DNA of 62,988 nucleotides, filler included, from Asterionella formosa (taxonomy: Eukaryota), in the NCBI GenBank assembly GCA_002256025.1. It is 12 parts of 12 records of this genome, joined end to end, with 100 filler letters (N's around TTAATTAATTAA, not from the genome) between each part and the next. Parts side by side here need not be neighbours in the genome. Positions count along the whole stretch, not along the records: positions 1 to 23,734 come from NKIB01002399.1; positions 23,835 to 47,559 come from NKIB01002405.1; 10 more parts are not named here. One strand, given 5' to 3'. Shown in pieces: positions 12,778 to 23,895 of this stretch (position 1 is the first letter of the stretch; each line of letters starts with the position of its first letter). The notes under the pieces were generated by a model. The model saw only the letters and a program-made list of their open reading frames with translations, did not search any database and was not told the origin of the DNA. A program made the translations under genes and the position numbers.

Positions 12778-14068
12778 TTCTTGCTTGACTCGGTAGTTGT
12801 AGGGAAGAAGTGAAGAATCGAAGCAAAGACAATTCTCCAACAGGTAGAAGTAGTCCTTCTGTTCTTCGAACAAGTAGACTACCGGTAAACGAACAGGAAA
12901 CTCTGCTACGTATAGTTTTGACAGTGTCGTCCGATGGACGAAGCAGGTAAGAGTACTGGTAGACTACTTGAGTGCCGAACACGTGAAATCTGGATATTTG
13001 CAATGATACGTACGAGTCTTCCGCTCACATTATTCAAGTGGGATGTCAGAAGATTCTCATTATACATTAACATACATTCCGGTATGAACATCATTTGATC
13101 TACCGGTATCTTTGTTGGTTTTCTCCCATATGTCAAAAATAGCTGTACTGTATGTATTATATGCAGGTACCAGGTACATCAGTTAACATGCTCCAGGTGT
13201 GATAATATACTACCGGTAGTACATTTTACATATTTACCAGCATATATGTATCCATTCTACATACACCAAGACTAACATTTCGCTGACGTCGACGCTCATT
13301 CATAGATAGGCATCTGGCCATCATCAGAATGAATAATTAAGTAATCAATATTTTATGTCGATGTGCAGACACATTCGATGTGAAGCGATCCTCGGGTTTG
13401 CTTCAACTTGAGTGACATCATCGGTATCTTCCTCATCGGCGACGAAAAGAAAATTTAAACACTATCTTGCGATATAGAGTGATGTCACAATAGATCAAGA
13501 TCGTTGTGGCGATACCGGTATGTACAATCATGCGCGCTGATGAAAGGGATCTGTGTGATGCATGTACGGAGTACATGTCATGGCATCATAGTAAGCTACG
13601 TATAGCCTGTATGTAGGAGTATTATTCACACTCTACCGGTAGCCTTCACAAGAACTTAATGCTGTGTTGCTGCCTGACTGCTGCCAGACCGAAGGAGCAG
13701 ACGTACGGCAGTGAGGGTTCGGGTTTGTCTGGCCTACAAAATGTGCATACCGGTAATATTATTGGCTGTGGTCGTGGCCCCAGTACCATACTGGTAGTTT
13801 CTATTTTTCGTCCGTCCTCTTGATGTTTGTTGTGACCTTCCGTTCCGTCTAATACCGGCACATATATACCGGTAGTATTGTATTTAGAATAATGTTTGAT
13901 GCTGTTCGAGATACTGAACTTTGCTTTCCAATATCTTGCACCGAAAAGGAACACAACAGAACATTCAAATGAATTCATCATAATGGAGCGCATCAGAATG
14001 CAATAGAACCGAGCTCGGCTATAATATGGGGTTTGAATCGATGGATAGGAACAGTATTCATCTTCAAA

Positions 14069-16630
14069 ATGCAACTCGAAGCATTGACCATTTTTTCTCA
14101 GACGAACGACATTTGTCAGTATGACGGTTCTGCGCTTCTAGTAGTGCTCTCGATGGCCATTCTATATGTTTCGTTAGTTGTTTTCCATCTCCATAGAAAT
14201 AGCACCATTCACAGTAGGGCGCTGACTAGGAAAGACGACTTTGTATCCCGCTCCGGCAATGATTATGGGTATGCTACAAGTCAGAGAGGGCACATTAATA
14301 CTTGGCGAGGAAAGGAATTTCCAAATCTAATTTCTCCCTTGGTCCGCAGTACCAAAATAAGCAGTACCACGGCTCAAGGAGAGGAACTGATTGTTTACTT
14401 AGACTATGCCGGTGCTGCGTTGCCAGCCAAAACACAATTACAAAACATTTTCGAGAAAGTACCGGCGATACTGGCAAATCCACATTCCACTGGACCAGCT
14501 GCATCGAAATCATCGTTGCTAATAGAACAAGCCAAAACAAGGATTCTGGATCTGTTGAATGGTCATCCAAGTCGAATTAAGAATCATGTAGGATATGAAG
14601 TCTTATTTACATCTGGGACCACTGAAGCTTTGCGCATCGTTGCCGAACGCTTCCCATGGTGTCGTCGCTGTGACAAATGTGGGATCAGTTCTAAATTCAT
14701 GTATTCTAACAACTCTCATACATCTGTCGTGGGGATGCGAGAATGTGCGCTCGCCAATGGTGGAACCTATGAAAGTCACCCCTTGGCTTTCTTTCACAAC
14801 GAAACATCCTGGTGTACACCCATCACACACCATTCCTGCGGCGTGAACAATTTGCTTGTCCTTCCTGTGGAATGCAACTTTGATGGCGAAAAAACTGATT
14901 TATCTTCTGTCATACAGTTGTCTCAAAAACATACTGGATGGTATACATTGTTAGACATTGCGAAGGCAGCTAGTACAAGTCCAGTCGATCTCCACGCACT
15001 GGATCCAGATTTTGCGTGTTTATCATTTTATAAACTGTTTGGAACGCCCACAGGACTTGGGGCGCTGTTAGTGAAACGAACGGCGCGTCACTTGTTCACG
15101 CAAAAAACGACCGCATACTTTGGTGGTGGGTCTGTCGATATGGTGTTGCCCACCATGGCGGTACGGAAATCGGGCCTTGTATCGCACGGGACAGTCCACT
15201 TTCGTGGAGTTGCAGAACTGATGTACGGATTCGACGAACTTGATAAGTTGGGAGGAATGATGGCGATTCAACGTCACACGTTGTGTTTGACCAACGAGTT
15301 AGTGAGGAGACTCTTGGCATTGCGTCATTTTGGTGGCATGCCCGTGGTACAACTGTATGGTCCTTGGTCCAAGAATGAACATCAAACTACAACTAGGATC
15401 GGACCAATTGTACCTTTCAATCTACTTCGCAATGATGGATCCTATATCGGGTACAATGAAGTGAGCAAATTGGCAGCCCTTCACTCTCCTCCTTTACAGT
15501 TACGGACCGGATGTTTTTGCAACCCCGGTGCCTGTCAAGAAGCATTAGGCTTGGATGACGACGAAATGAAACGAAATTATGAGGTAACTGGCCATGTATG
15601 TGGCGATCATATGGATATAATCCATGGCCGTCCAACGGGTGCGATTAGAGTCAGTTTGGGGAAAGACAGTCTTTGGGAGGATGTGGATGCGTTAGTATCA
15701 TTCATCGAAACGACATTTGTTTCAACAACCGCCGAATCTCATATTAAGTCCTCCTCACCCCCTGTTCAAGAAGAAACTGTGCGATTGACAGAATTGTACA
15801 TTTTCCCTATAAAGAGCTGTGCTGCTCAACGCGTATCCATGTGGAGAATGCCATCCTCCACTGGTAAGCTCGAGTTTGATCGAGAGTTTGCACTCATCGA
15901 CTCCAGTGGGACAGCTATGAGGCTGCAAAGTTATCCTCAAATGAGTCAAATAAGGCCGGCGATTAACTTGGCCACGTTATTGATGACAGTTTCTGCTCCA
16001 GGCATGCCGGACATTACTATTGATATCAATAAGAGACAATTGAATGAGGATGATACAATCAATAGCGTTGTTCAAGTTTGTGGAAACAAGTGCGGAGGTC
16101 GTCTATGGGGTGATTCTTCTGCATCCGATTGGTTTAGCAACTTTCTTGGCGTTCAGTGTTGGCTGGCACGTCACAATGGAACCCAGGACAGCACACGATC
16201 GGGTGTTGCATTTGCCAATGAGGAATCTTTGTTGCTACTATCTGAACATGCTGTCGCGGCATTGAACGATGCAATGAGACGCCAGGGTCACTCTCCTGCC
16301 CAGACACGTCACTTTCGTCCAAACTTGGTAGTACGTACTACCTCTCTGACTTCTATCCACGGCCATTTGGAAGACAAATGGACTTCCTTGACACTATCCA
16401 GAACAAATATAAAACTGAATGTCGTGGGTGAGTGTCCTCGATGTGCTATGGTGGACGTGGATCCAACAAGTGGCACCAAGGGCAACACTTTAAGAGCTCT
16501 TGCCAACTATCGACGTCGTCAAGGAGGTCGAATTATGTTTGGTATATTCCTTCGACGTAGCGCATCCGAAGAAGGCGAGGCAAGTCCTGGAGTGTGGATC
16601 AAGCAAGGTGACCTTTTAATTTGTAAATAA
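14069..16630 (+). CDS. ABA3: Molybdenum cofactor sulfurase (NifS-like PLP domain + MOSC domain; ABA3/MOCOS family)
   Basis: YLDYAG, NPHS, FTSGTT, PLP-Lys SFYKLFGTPTGLGAL, persulfide-Cys LRTGCFCNPG; MOSC motifs YIFPIKSCAA, DREF, FRPNLVV, CPRCAMV. First ATG at 14069. Confidence 0.93.
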   Translation: MQLEALTIFSQTNDICQYDGSALLVVLSMAILYVSLVVFHLHRNSTIHSRALTRKDDFVSRSGNDYGYATSQRGHINTWRGKEFPNLISPLVRSTKISSTTAQGEELIVYLDYAGAALPAKTQLQNIFEKVPAILANPHSTGPAASKSSLLIEQAKTRILDLLNGHPSRIKNHVGYEVLFTSGTTEALRIVAERFPWCRRCDKCGISSKFMYSNNSHTSVVGMRECALANGGTYESHPLAFFHNETSWCTPITHHSCGVNNLLVLPVECNFDGEKTDLSSVIQLSQKHTGWYTLLDIAKAASTSPVDLHALDPDFACLSFYKLFGTPTGLGALLVKRTARHLFTQKTTAYFGGGSVDMVLPTMAVRKSGLVSHGTVHFRGVAELMYGFDELDKLGGMMAIQRHTLCLTNELVRRLLALRHFGGMPVVQLYGPWSKNEHQTTTRIGPIVPFNLLRNDGSYIGYNEVSKLAALHSPPLQLRTGCFCNPGACQEALGLDDDEMKRNYEVTGHVCGDHMDIIHGRPTGAIRVSLGKDSLWEDVDALVSFIETTFVSTTAESHIKSSSPPVQEETVRLTELYIFPIKSCAAQRVSMWRMPSSTGKLEFDREFALIDSSGTAMRLQSYPQMSQIRPAINLATLLMTVSAPGMPDITIDINKRQLNEDDTINSVVQVCGNKCGGRLWGDSSASDWFSNFLGVQCWLARHNGTQDSTRSGVAFANEESLLLLSEHAVAALNDAMRRQGHSPAQTRHFRPNLVVRTTSLTSIHGHLEDKWTSLTLSRTNIKLNVVGECPRCAMVDVDPTSGTKGNTLRALANYRRRQGGRIMFGIFLRRSASEEGEASPGVWIKQGDLLICK

Positions 16631-17271
16631 GACTGAAATTTTATCATATGAAGTTTTGTACCACAGGTCACAAAAACAATTAACTAGCTGGCTGTTTTTC
16701 TTAAAATTTTCAATTGCTGCAACACTCAATCAAACCTTCAATTTAATGAAGAGATGAGAAATTCCTTTCAAGTTGATGTTCCTGAGTGTATTGATTGCTC
16801 CATCAATGCCTTGATTGACCAAAAGTTGCAGGTGCACCACAATGACAAGAGATTTCTGTTCTAAACCTGAATTTGATAAAAGATACAGGCAGTACAAAAG
16901 TATCACCTAAAGTTGATGTACATTGCTAGTTTTAGTTCAGTTTAATTTGTATACAATGATGAATATATGCACTGGTTGGTAATGCATACTATCCTGGACC
17001 CCACAATGTTCACTGCCATGACTGATTTTACTTAAAGAGGGACCAGGAAAATGGTGAGATTTTCCTTACACTAGACTTGATTAAATTTTATTAGTAAAAC
17101 AGTATGGAACGCAATTTTCTAATAAATATTAATATGATTGGTATTGCCACAAAGTGAAAATTGAGAAAGTTCTTCAGCTTTTTTCTTCAGCTTTTAAGAC
17201 AATCATGACTTCATGTTGCTATTGGTGACTTCAATTTTCGTTGTCAATATAAGTGTTATTACAATACTAAT

Positions 17272-17609
17272 AAAATGGAAATGGCTTAGTGGTTGAGCAT
17301 GTTACTTTTGATCTGAGGTTATGTAATTTGATACCTGCAAATTTTTTGAGGTGCAAAGTTGTTGGGTTGTTCAAATCCATACTCCTTGCCATCTCGCATG
17401 GTCTTGCCTGGTGTGCAAGAAATTGTTGATTGCCCACCACGTGCAAGCAGCTTGTGTCGCCTTCCTAGGCGGTCGGAGTTTCCCCTCCTAACATCATGGC
17501 TACAGCAATCCCCTTTCACAAAAGGTGGTTGGGGACTCACCTAAACTAACAAAAAAAGCGAAGCACAGGTCTTGTCAGCAGGTAGCACAATGAAAGACTT
17601 GCCTAGAAA
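17272..17609 (+). mobile_element. Putative tRNA-derived SINE, copy 1 (more degenerate)
   Basis: About 330 bp alignable by eye to the reverse complement of 38761-39080; A-box TGGCTTAGTGG at 17282 and decayed B-box-like motifs. Confidence 0.65.
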
Positions 17610-19046
17610 AATAGGAGGATGAATGGGCTATAAAACATTTTACAAATTTATTACAATAATTCTTTTACGATTTTTTTCTATGCCGTTATTAATAGATGAC
17701 TCAACTAACAAAGCGTTGTTCTCAATTTTCGTGGTGACAATTTGTCTTTTCGTCATGGTCAAGGCAGAAATGACATAATGCAGGATTCTCCAGCTGCTTA
17801 CAACCACTACCTGCGCACTCTAGTGCTTTATATGAACAACGTAATCGCAACATCCTAGCTAAATAATTATTTACCAGTGCCTACTAGCACAAACAGAAAT
17901 ATAGCATGTTACTTTGTCTACTATGTCTAGAAAATTATTGTTTGTTTGGTGCCACCTCGAGAAAAATGTATGGGGGTTCCAGGATAGCTACTGAATTATA
18001 TGGTATACTGGTATGCATGATACTATTATTGCATAGAAGCTGAAACAAATTGGAGTGGTTTTTTCAAGTATATTCATTTGTTGAATTCCAAATTATAATG
18101 AATCTCAGCTACTTTTCAATGGTATCATTTATTTTTGCGGGGATTGCTCTATTTTCTTCACTCATTTTATGATTGCTATTATGGAAATCTTTTGTTATCT
18201 CTTTCTAGACAAGCTCAGTGTACTAAAACCTTGTTATAATCCCACCTTATTGTGAGCTTATTTGATCGATGTTGTAAATGTTTATATGACCAATTATTAG
18301 GGTTTTCTTCCCAAATTTGCATATAGATAGTATTCATTGTTGAGTTTGATGTTCAACTCTCAACTGAAAACTCAACTCCACTTAGGAAATAGAACAATTG
18401 CGAATTTTCATTGCTATCTGCATTTCGTTTACTTTTCCTTCAATGTTATATTGATTACATAGAATATTCTCCATTCTAATATTCACCTTGGTTTACTGAG
18501 GACATAGCAGCATTTTGATATGAGATTTTGGCTGGAATGATATCTAAGGTTGACTAGTAGTTCGACTGTGCTAATATGCTTGCAGTAATAGCTTATAGTT
18601 CTTGGCTACTGAGCAAATCTTCAAAGGCCAGTAGTAGGGCATTGAAACAGAGAAGATCATAAGAGTCAACATGGCCAGCGGGAGAATGGTTTTCAACCGC
18701 AAGTAGCACCACAGTACATGCCGGTCTGCATATTTGCTTCTTCTTACCTGCTACCAGGTACCAGGTACAGCAAGTTGCACATGACGGCATTTGTACATGC
18801 AATCTGTATACATCCTCATTCCTCATCTACAGCACTGAACAAACGAAAAAGCAAAGTGATACGTGCATGAAAATTCCCTATCGTTTCGACCTTCGGCCCA
18901 TTCAAAGAACAATTGGCACAGCCATTACAAAGCAGATTTGAATCGTTATCATTGGTCGGAATTACCCTACCGTACCCTTACCGCCAAAGTGTGACCTTAT
19001 GATCGTTTTTATAAGTTGAACCGGTAACAAACGAGAACTTGGTGCC

Positions 19047-19142
19047 CCTGCAAGTTGCGGTCATTTTGCTTAAACAAACATTTCAATCTTGGATAAAGAT
19101 AGCTAAATCTTTATTTCCAGCAAAATTACCGCAACTTGCTGG
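19047..19142. mobile_element. 96-bp MITE with about 24-bp TIRs
   Basis: CCTGCAAGTTGCGGTCATTTTGCT ... AGCAAAATTACCGCAACTTGCTGG followed by TA. Confidence 0.88.
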
Positions 19143-19623
19143 TACCAATACACCAGGCACTATATACCCAACACCAACAGGAGGTCCTTAGAATTACATT
19201 TAGGGAACAGTCTCCTACATATATAGGAGCGAACAAAACAAACAGAAACGACGCATCATTACATATAACCACGACAGGGATTGAAAGCGAGAAGTATTCT
19301 TTGACATATTCTTGATTTCTTGCTCTTTCAAGGGTAAGCAAAATATTTGCCCCGCTCCCCGTGAGACGCGAGAATCAATTAGCTTTTACTCCCAGAATTC
19401 TTGTTTCAGAAAGAATGGACACAAGAAATAGATTAATTCGGTTCCGCCGTTTTTGTTACAAATTTTATTGGTTCTTACCATTTTTTCTTGTCGTACAAAA
19501 CGAGTACCGGTAGATTGAGTCAATACAGCTCAATAACTCTTGTGTTTTCACACAGCTAGCTTAAGGTTTCATTTTTGAGTGATTTCCATCGAAGTTGACT
19601 CTATCCTTTCTTGGGAAGAGACA

Positions 19624-22242
19624 ATGAATATATGCACTCAACTTCTATGGGCTCTGCTTCTAGCGGCATCACTGCTGATTGCAGAGATTCAGGCGAACAA
19701 TGGAACCGACGATGGTCTCATCCAAGAATCAGGTGGTCAACAAGCAGAACCTGGTGTTGGCGTTCTTTTCCCTTGGTTCGCTGAAATCATGGGCACCATA
19801 GTATTCTACATGCTGACTCGCTACTGTACTGCCTTGCCCTACACGGCTGTAATGTTCTTGATTGGTACTTTCATGGGCATCGGCATTTTACTTCGAGGCG
19901 ATGCTGCTGCTGATCTATTGAGTCAGTCTGCCCTTCAATGGGTCAAAATCAATGGAGAAGTCCTGCTATTGGTGTTTCTACCTGGCCTCATTTTTCGCGA
20001 TGCTTTTGGCTTGAACGTCCACCTCTTCATCGTATCCTTTAGTCAGTGCTGGTTGCTGGCCTTTCCCATGGTATTGGCCGGGACTGTCCTGACTGCACTT
20101 GTTGCGTATTATATATTCCCATTCGGTTGGTCATTCAACTTGGCCATGGCTTTTGGATCTATCCTTGCTGCTACAGATCCAGTTGCGGTCAGCGCCTTGT
20201 TGAATGAGGTCGGAGCTCCACCACGGCTCAAGATGCACATTTCCGGAGAGTCCTTGTTGAATGATGGATCATCCATTGTATTTTACACCATTTTTTCATC
20301 CATGTTCTTAACTGAACTAAACATCGAGGGAGTCGGAGAAACCATTGACTTTGGGAAAGGAGTGGCATTGTTTTTTCAAATGTCCATTGGCGGAATGTTG
20401 ATTGGACTTGTTGCTGCCGTCGGGCTCGGTTTAGTTCTGTACATGTTAAGTCGCCGACTAAATGATGAAGAAAATGTGGCACAAGTGGCAGCTACCATCA
20501 CCATGGCGTACCTGACGTACATTCTTGCCGATTTTGCAGGCACCTCTGGTGTGATTGCTGTGGTTTTTTTGGGAGTTGCCACTCAAGCATTCGCATCATC
20601 GTTTATCAATAAACCAGCCATGATGGACGCTTTCTGGCAATTGGTGGAGTATCTCTTGAATACTCTACTGTTTACACTTGGAGGCATTGTGTGGGGTTCC
20701 ATTATTGCGGACGTTGGTACACGTAATGGCTATTTCAATGCCACGGAGTGGGGATACCTAATACTGCTCTTCATTTTGCTGAATATTATTCGAACTTTTT
20801 TGATCTTTTCATTCTACCCGATTACTTCAAGGATTGGTTTGAAGTCCAATGTTCATGAGGCCATCTTTGCTAGTTTTGGAGGGTTGCGTGGTGCGGTCGG
20901 GATTTCATTGGCAATATCCTTGGATAACGAGGTGTGGGAAGCCACTGAACAGGCAAACACGAGCTTTCAGTTCCGCCAATATACAACAGAGCTCTTTGGT
21001 ATGGTGGGAGGCATTGCATTCTTTTCCCTTGTTATAAATGGAACTCTCGCCGGGCCGTTGTTGCGGTACTTGCACCTTGCCGATGTTACCGAGACCCGAG
21101 AGAAAATTGTTGAGAACTTTAAACAAACAATGAAAGAAAAGATGGTGGTCGACTTCATTGAACTGTTGACAGACTATCGCTTTCGGCTTGTTGATTACGC
21201 CGTGGTTCGGGCTCATGTTCCCATGATGGAGAATTTGACCCTTAAAGAAGTCAAAGAAGCAGTCTTGCAATATCAGAAAGCAAAGGGCGATGAAGCTTTA
21301 CGACCAAATCTAAAGCATACCTTACCATACCTCCAAGTGAATGGAGAAGTACTGGATGAATCGTTTCTCCAAGAATTTGCATCTGACCCCCAACAGTCAC
21401 CCAAATCACCTCATGCAACCTTTGAGTCGTTTTCCACCCATGAAAACCCTTTGAAATCCGGCGAAATGGCAAGTGAACGGTTAATCGAGTTGCGTCAAGC
21501 CTTTCTTGCGCTTCTGCGTGCCGCCTACAACGAGCAGATAAAGAACGGCGAACTGGAGGCACGAGATGAGTTCATCACGTACGTCCTCTTTCAAGGTCTC
21601 GAATTCACTGCTGACGATGTGGCGAATGGAAAGCCTTTGAATGACTGGGAAACATCCCTTATGCTTAGTGGTCGATTTTCTGTTTTCCTCACTCTCAATT
21701 TAGCGAGACTCCGATCTAAAATAGCTGCTCGTAGCCTCACCCAAGGAACACCAAGGCTTACGTTCAATTATCAACGGCTTCAACTGGAAATCCATCGCGC
21801 ATTTGTTTTTGTTCATGCCCACAAAACAGCACAGAATATCTTTCGTGATCAGTTCTTCGATTCTTCCGTCGATGATTTTAGCGACGACGCAAAACAAGTT
21901 ATTCTCGAGAGTAAAGCCCAATATGGTTTAGCCACTGTAGTTTTGAGAGAGCACGAAAAGGAAGTGAAAGTGACGACATCACATCTTTTTTGCACAATTT
22001 TGCTCAACAAGGCAGCAACTCGTGTTGAATCAGTGGAGCATTCGGGCCTGTTGAAAGAAGGTGAAGCCAGCGAACTCTTTGAAGGAATTCAAAAGAATCT
22101 ATTTGTCGTCAGGAGTTGCTCTTGCACTGACCATGGTGAAATTAATGATGCGCAGGAGGAAAATTTCTACAAAGATCAACATTTGAACTGTACATCCATT
22201 GCTTGTGTTAATGATTTAAAGGGCATGACAGTTCCTGAATAA
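19624..22242 (+). CDS. SOS1: CPA1 Na+/H+ antiporter, SOS1/NHX7-like
   Basis: Signal peptide, many TM helices, LPYTAVMFLIG, FLPGLIF, FGSILAATDPVAVSALL, ISGESLLNDG, GTSGVIAVV, FGGLRGAVGISLA; cytosolic helical tail. Confidence 0.88.
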   Translation: MNICTQLLWALLLAASLLIAEIQANNGTDDGLIQESGGQQAEPGVGVLFPWFAEIMGTIVFYMLTRYCTALPYTAVMFLIGTFMGIGILLRGDAAADLLSQSALQWVKINGEVLLLVFLPGLIFRDAFGLNVHLFIVSFSQCWLLAFPMVLAGTVLTALVAYYIFPFGWSFNLAMAFGSILAATDPVAVSALLNEVGAPPRLKMHISGESLLNDGSSIVFYTIFSSMFLTELNIEGVGETIDFGKGVALFFQMSIGGMLIGLVAAVGLGLVLYMLSRRLNDEENVAQVAATITMAYLTYILADFAGTSGVIAVVFLGVATQAFASSFINKPAMMDAFWQLVEYLLNTLLFTLGGIVWGSIIADVGTRNGYFNATEWGYLILLFILLNIIRTFLIFSFYPITSRIGLKSNVHEAIFASFGGLRGAVGISLAISLDNEVWEATEQANTSFQFRQYTTELFGMVGGIAFFSLVINGTLAGPLLRYLHLADVTETREKIVENFKQTMKEKMVVDFIELLTDYRFRLVDYAVVRAHVPMMENLTLKEVKEAVLQYQKAKGDEALRPNLKHTLPYLQVNGEVLDESFLQEFASDPQQSPKSPHATFESFSTHENPLKSGEMASERLIELRQAFLALLRAAYNEQIKNGELEARDEFITYVLFQGLEFTADDVANGKPLNDWETSLMLSGRFSVFLTLNLARLRSKIAARSLTQGTPRLTFNYQRLQLEIHRAFVFVHAHKTAQNIFRDQFFDSSVDDFSDDAKQVILESKAQYGLATVVLREHEKEVKVTTSHLFCTILLNKAATRVESVEHSGLLKEGEASELFEGIQKNLFVVRSCSCTDHGEINDAQEENFYKDQHLNCTSIACVNDLKGMTVPE

Positions 22243-22440
22243 ATGCTATTGAATAATATATTAATACTTTATTCTCGTTTGGTGATTCAAGAAAGATTCG
22301 GACAAAATGCTCGACAATTATGTATTGACTTGGATTCTGCTGGTTATTTTTTGGAAATTTCATTTGGATAATTTACTGTTTGTGCAAGATTTGTATGTTC
22401 CGAATGGAAATTGGGCACCTTGGAGATGAAAGTCATCATG

Positions 22441-23238
22441 TTAAAAAGCACCTGGAATCGGTGGTTTAGGTGGCATACGCTCACTTTGCCTAGAAAATTC
22501 ACCAGCACATCGCTCTTCTTCCTCTAATACAGTAAGGGTAATCCATATGGCACGCAAACTTTGGGTAAAAATAGCCTTTTGAAATGGGGTATCATCACTA
22601 CATATTTCCTTGTGATCTTCCAGGAAAACATCTATTTGCGGCTTCTCTCCGGCAACTCTCCTCGCAGCAAAGTATGGAAGGATGGGCGTATACTTTGTTT
22701 TGATATTGTCGTCAAGTTTCATTTCAGTAGCTGATTTTGTCGGGTGATTCATGGAAGCTAGAGTCAAGTAGACTACCTGGATCCAGGTATTCCTCAACGC
22801 AATTTCTTCCGGCAATAAGGGACGACCAGCAGTATGTTCTGGTATTGCATCAATTTTTGCAATAAGTTCCGACGGAGAGACTCCAATCTCGTAGCCTGCC
22901 TTGACCGCGGCAATCAATAGCTTTAACACATCCACAAACCCTTGCGCCAGTTGCAAGCAAGCATTCACAAATGAAACCTCCACGAGTTCAGCAACTTTGT
23001 TGGCAGTCAAGCTTTCTGCTAATGGTGGATCTGATGACGATGATGTTGTTGCTGCTGTTGGTGACACCGTCATGTGCGCGATTAGACCTAATGGTGATAC
23101 ATTCAAACATTCCAGGCTAGGTCCACTAATTTGTCGTCGGCGTTTCGCAAGATCCAGTCTCCCAGGAAAACTAAAGGACGAGCCTGAAACCAAAATCGCA
23201 AGCAACACGTTGACGAAGAAAAGAATTGTTGTCGTCAT
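22441..23238 (-). CDS. Hypothetical protein, probably plastid-targeted
   Basis: 265-aa intronless ORF; signal peptide MTTTILFFVNVLLAILVSGSS|FSFP followed by an Arg/Ser-rich transit-like region. Confidence 0.7.
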   Translation of the reverse strand: MTTTILFFVNVLLAILVSGSSFSFPGRLDLAKRRRQISGPSLECLNVSPLGLIAHMTVSPTAATTSSSSDPPLAESLTANKVAELVEVSFVNACLQLAQGFVDVLKLLIAAVKAGYEIGVSPSELIAKIDAIPEHTAGRPLLPEEIALRNTWIQVVYLTLASMNHPTKSATEMKLDDNIKTKYTPILPYFAARRVAGEKPQIDVFLEDHKEICSDDTPFQKAIFTQSLRAIWITLTVLEEEERCAGEFSRQSERMPPKPPIPGAF

Positions 23239-23734
23239 TGAGTCAGTTATGGAATTTGTCGTGATGAAAGAACAGTGAATGCATTAGTTGTAAGCTTTGA
23301 TGGTTACTCCACCGTCAGAGGTGATCAGGTATATCGGGCGGGGGTTTTGTTTTATATACCGGTATGATGTCTGATGCACGGAGTATACAGTATATACGGT
23401 ACCTGGTACCAGGTAGTCTCCCAGCATCGATCATCACGAAAGTGGTGTCAGCGCGCACACCCAAACCATGAAAAGAAGAACCTTTTTTCCGCCGTGATGC
23501 TCATGCTCTCGTCATCTTCATAATGTGTACGGAGTACAGGCACGTACCGGTATAAAGTTTACTATGGTTGGGTACAGCAAGAATTTAGTTTTTCTCGGTC
23601 CCATAAACTGTGTCAAGAATATTAGCCCGAGTCACAAGGATTGTGGACTCGATTGTAATCGAACGAGTCGAATATTGCATTGCCACGTCAATCAGCTGTC
23701 TAACGAGATCAGAGATTGAAGATTTCTATGGAAA

Positions 23735-23834
23735 NNNNNNNNNNNNNNNNNNNNNNNNNNNNNNNNNNNNNNNNNNNNTTAATTAATTAANNNNNNNNNN
23801 NNNNNNNNNNNNNNNNNNNNNNNNNNNNNNNNNN
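23735..23834. other. Artificial contig spacer (N44-TTAATTAATTAA-N44)
   Basis: Six-frame stop linker between N runs. The same spacer occurs at 47560, 49103, 50646, 52189, 53732, 55275, 56818, 58360, 59902 and 61447 (100 nt each). Confidence 0.99.
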
Positions 23835-23895
23835 AGTCGTGAACCACTTGGATTCAAATTTCATGCTCAAAAAACGATTGTTGAACTCTCCTTAG

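Noticed and set aside
6344..16630. chlH, inositol dehydrogenase and Moco sulfurase as a functional gene cluster
   Set aside because: Unrelated pathways in mixed orientations; ordinary neighbours in a compact genome.
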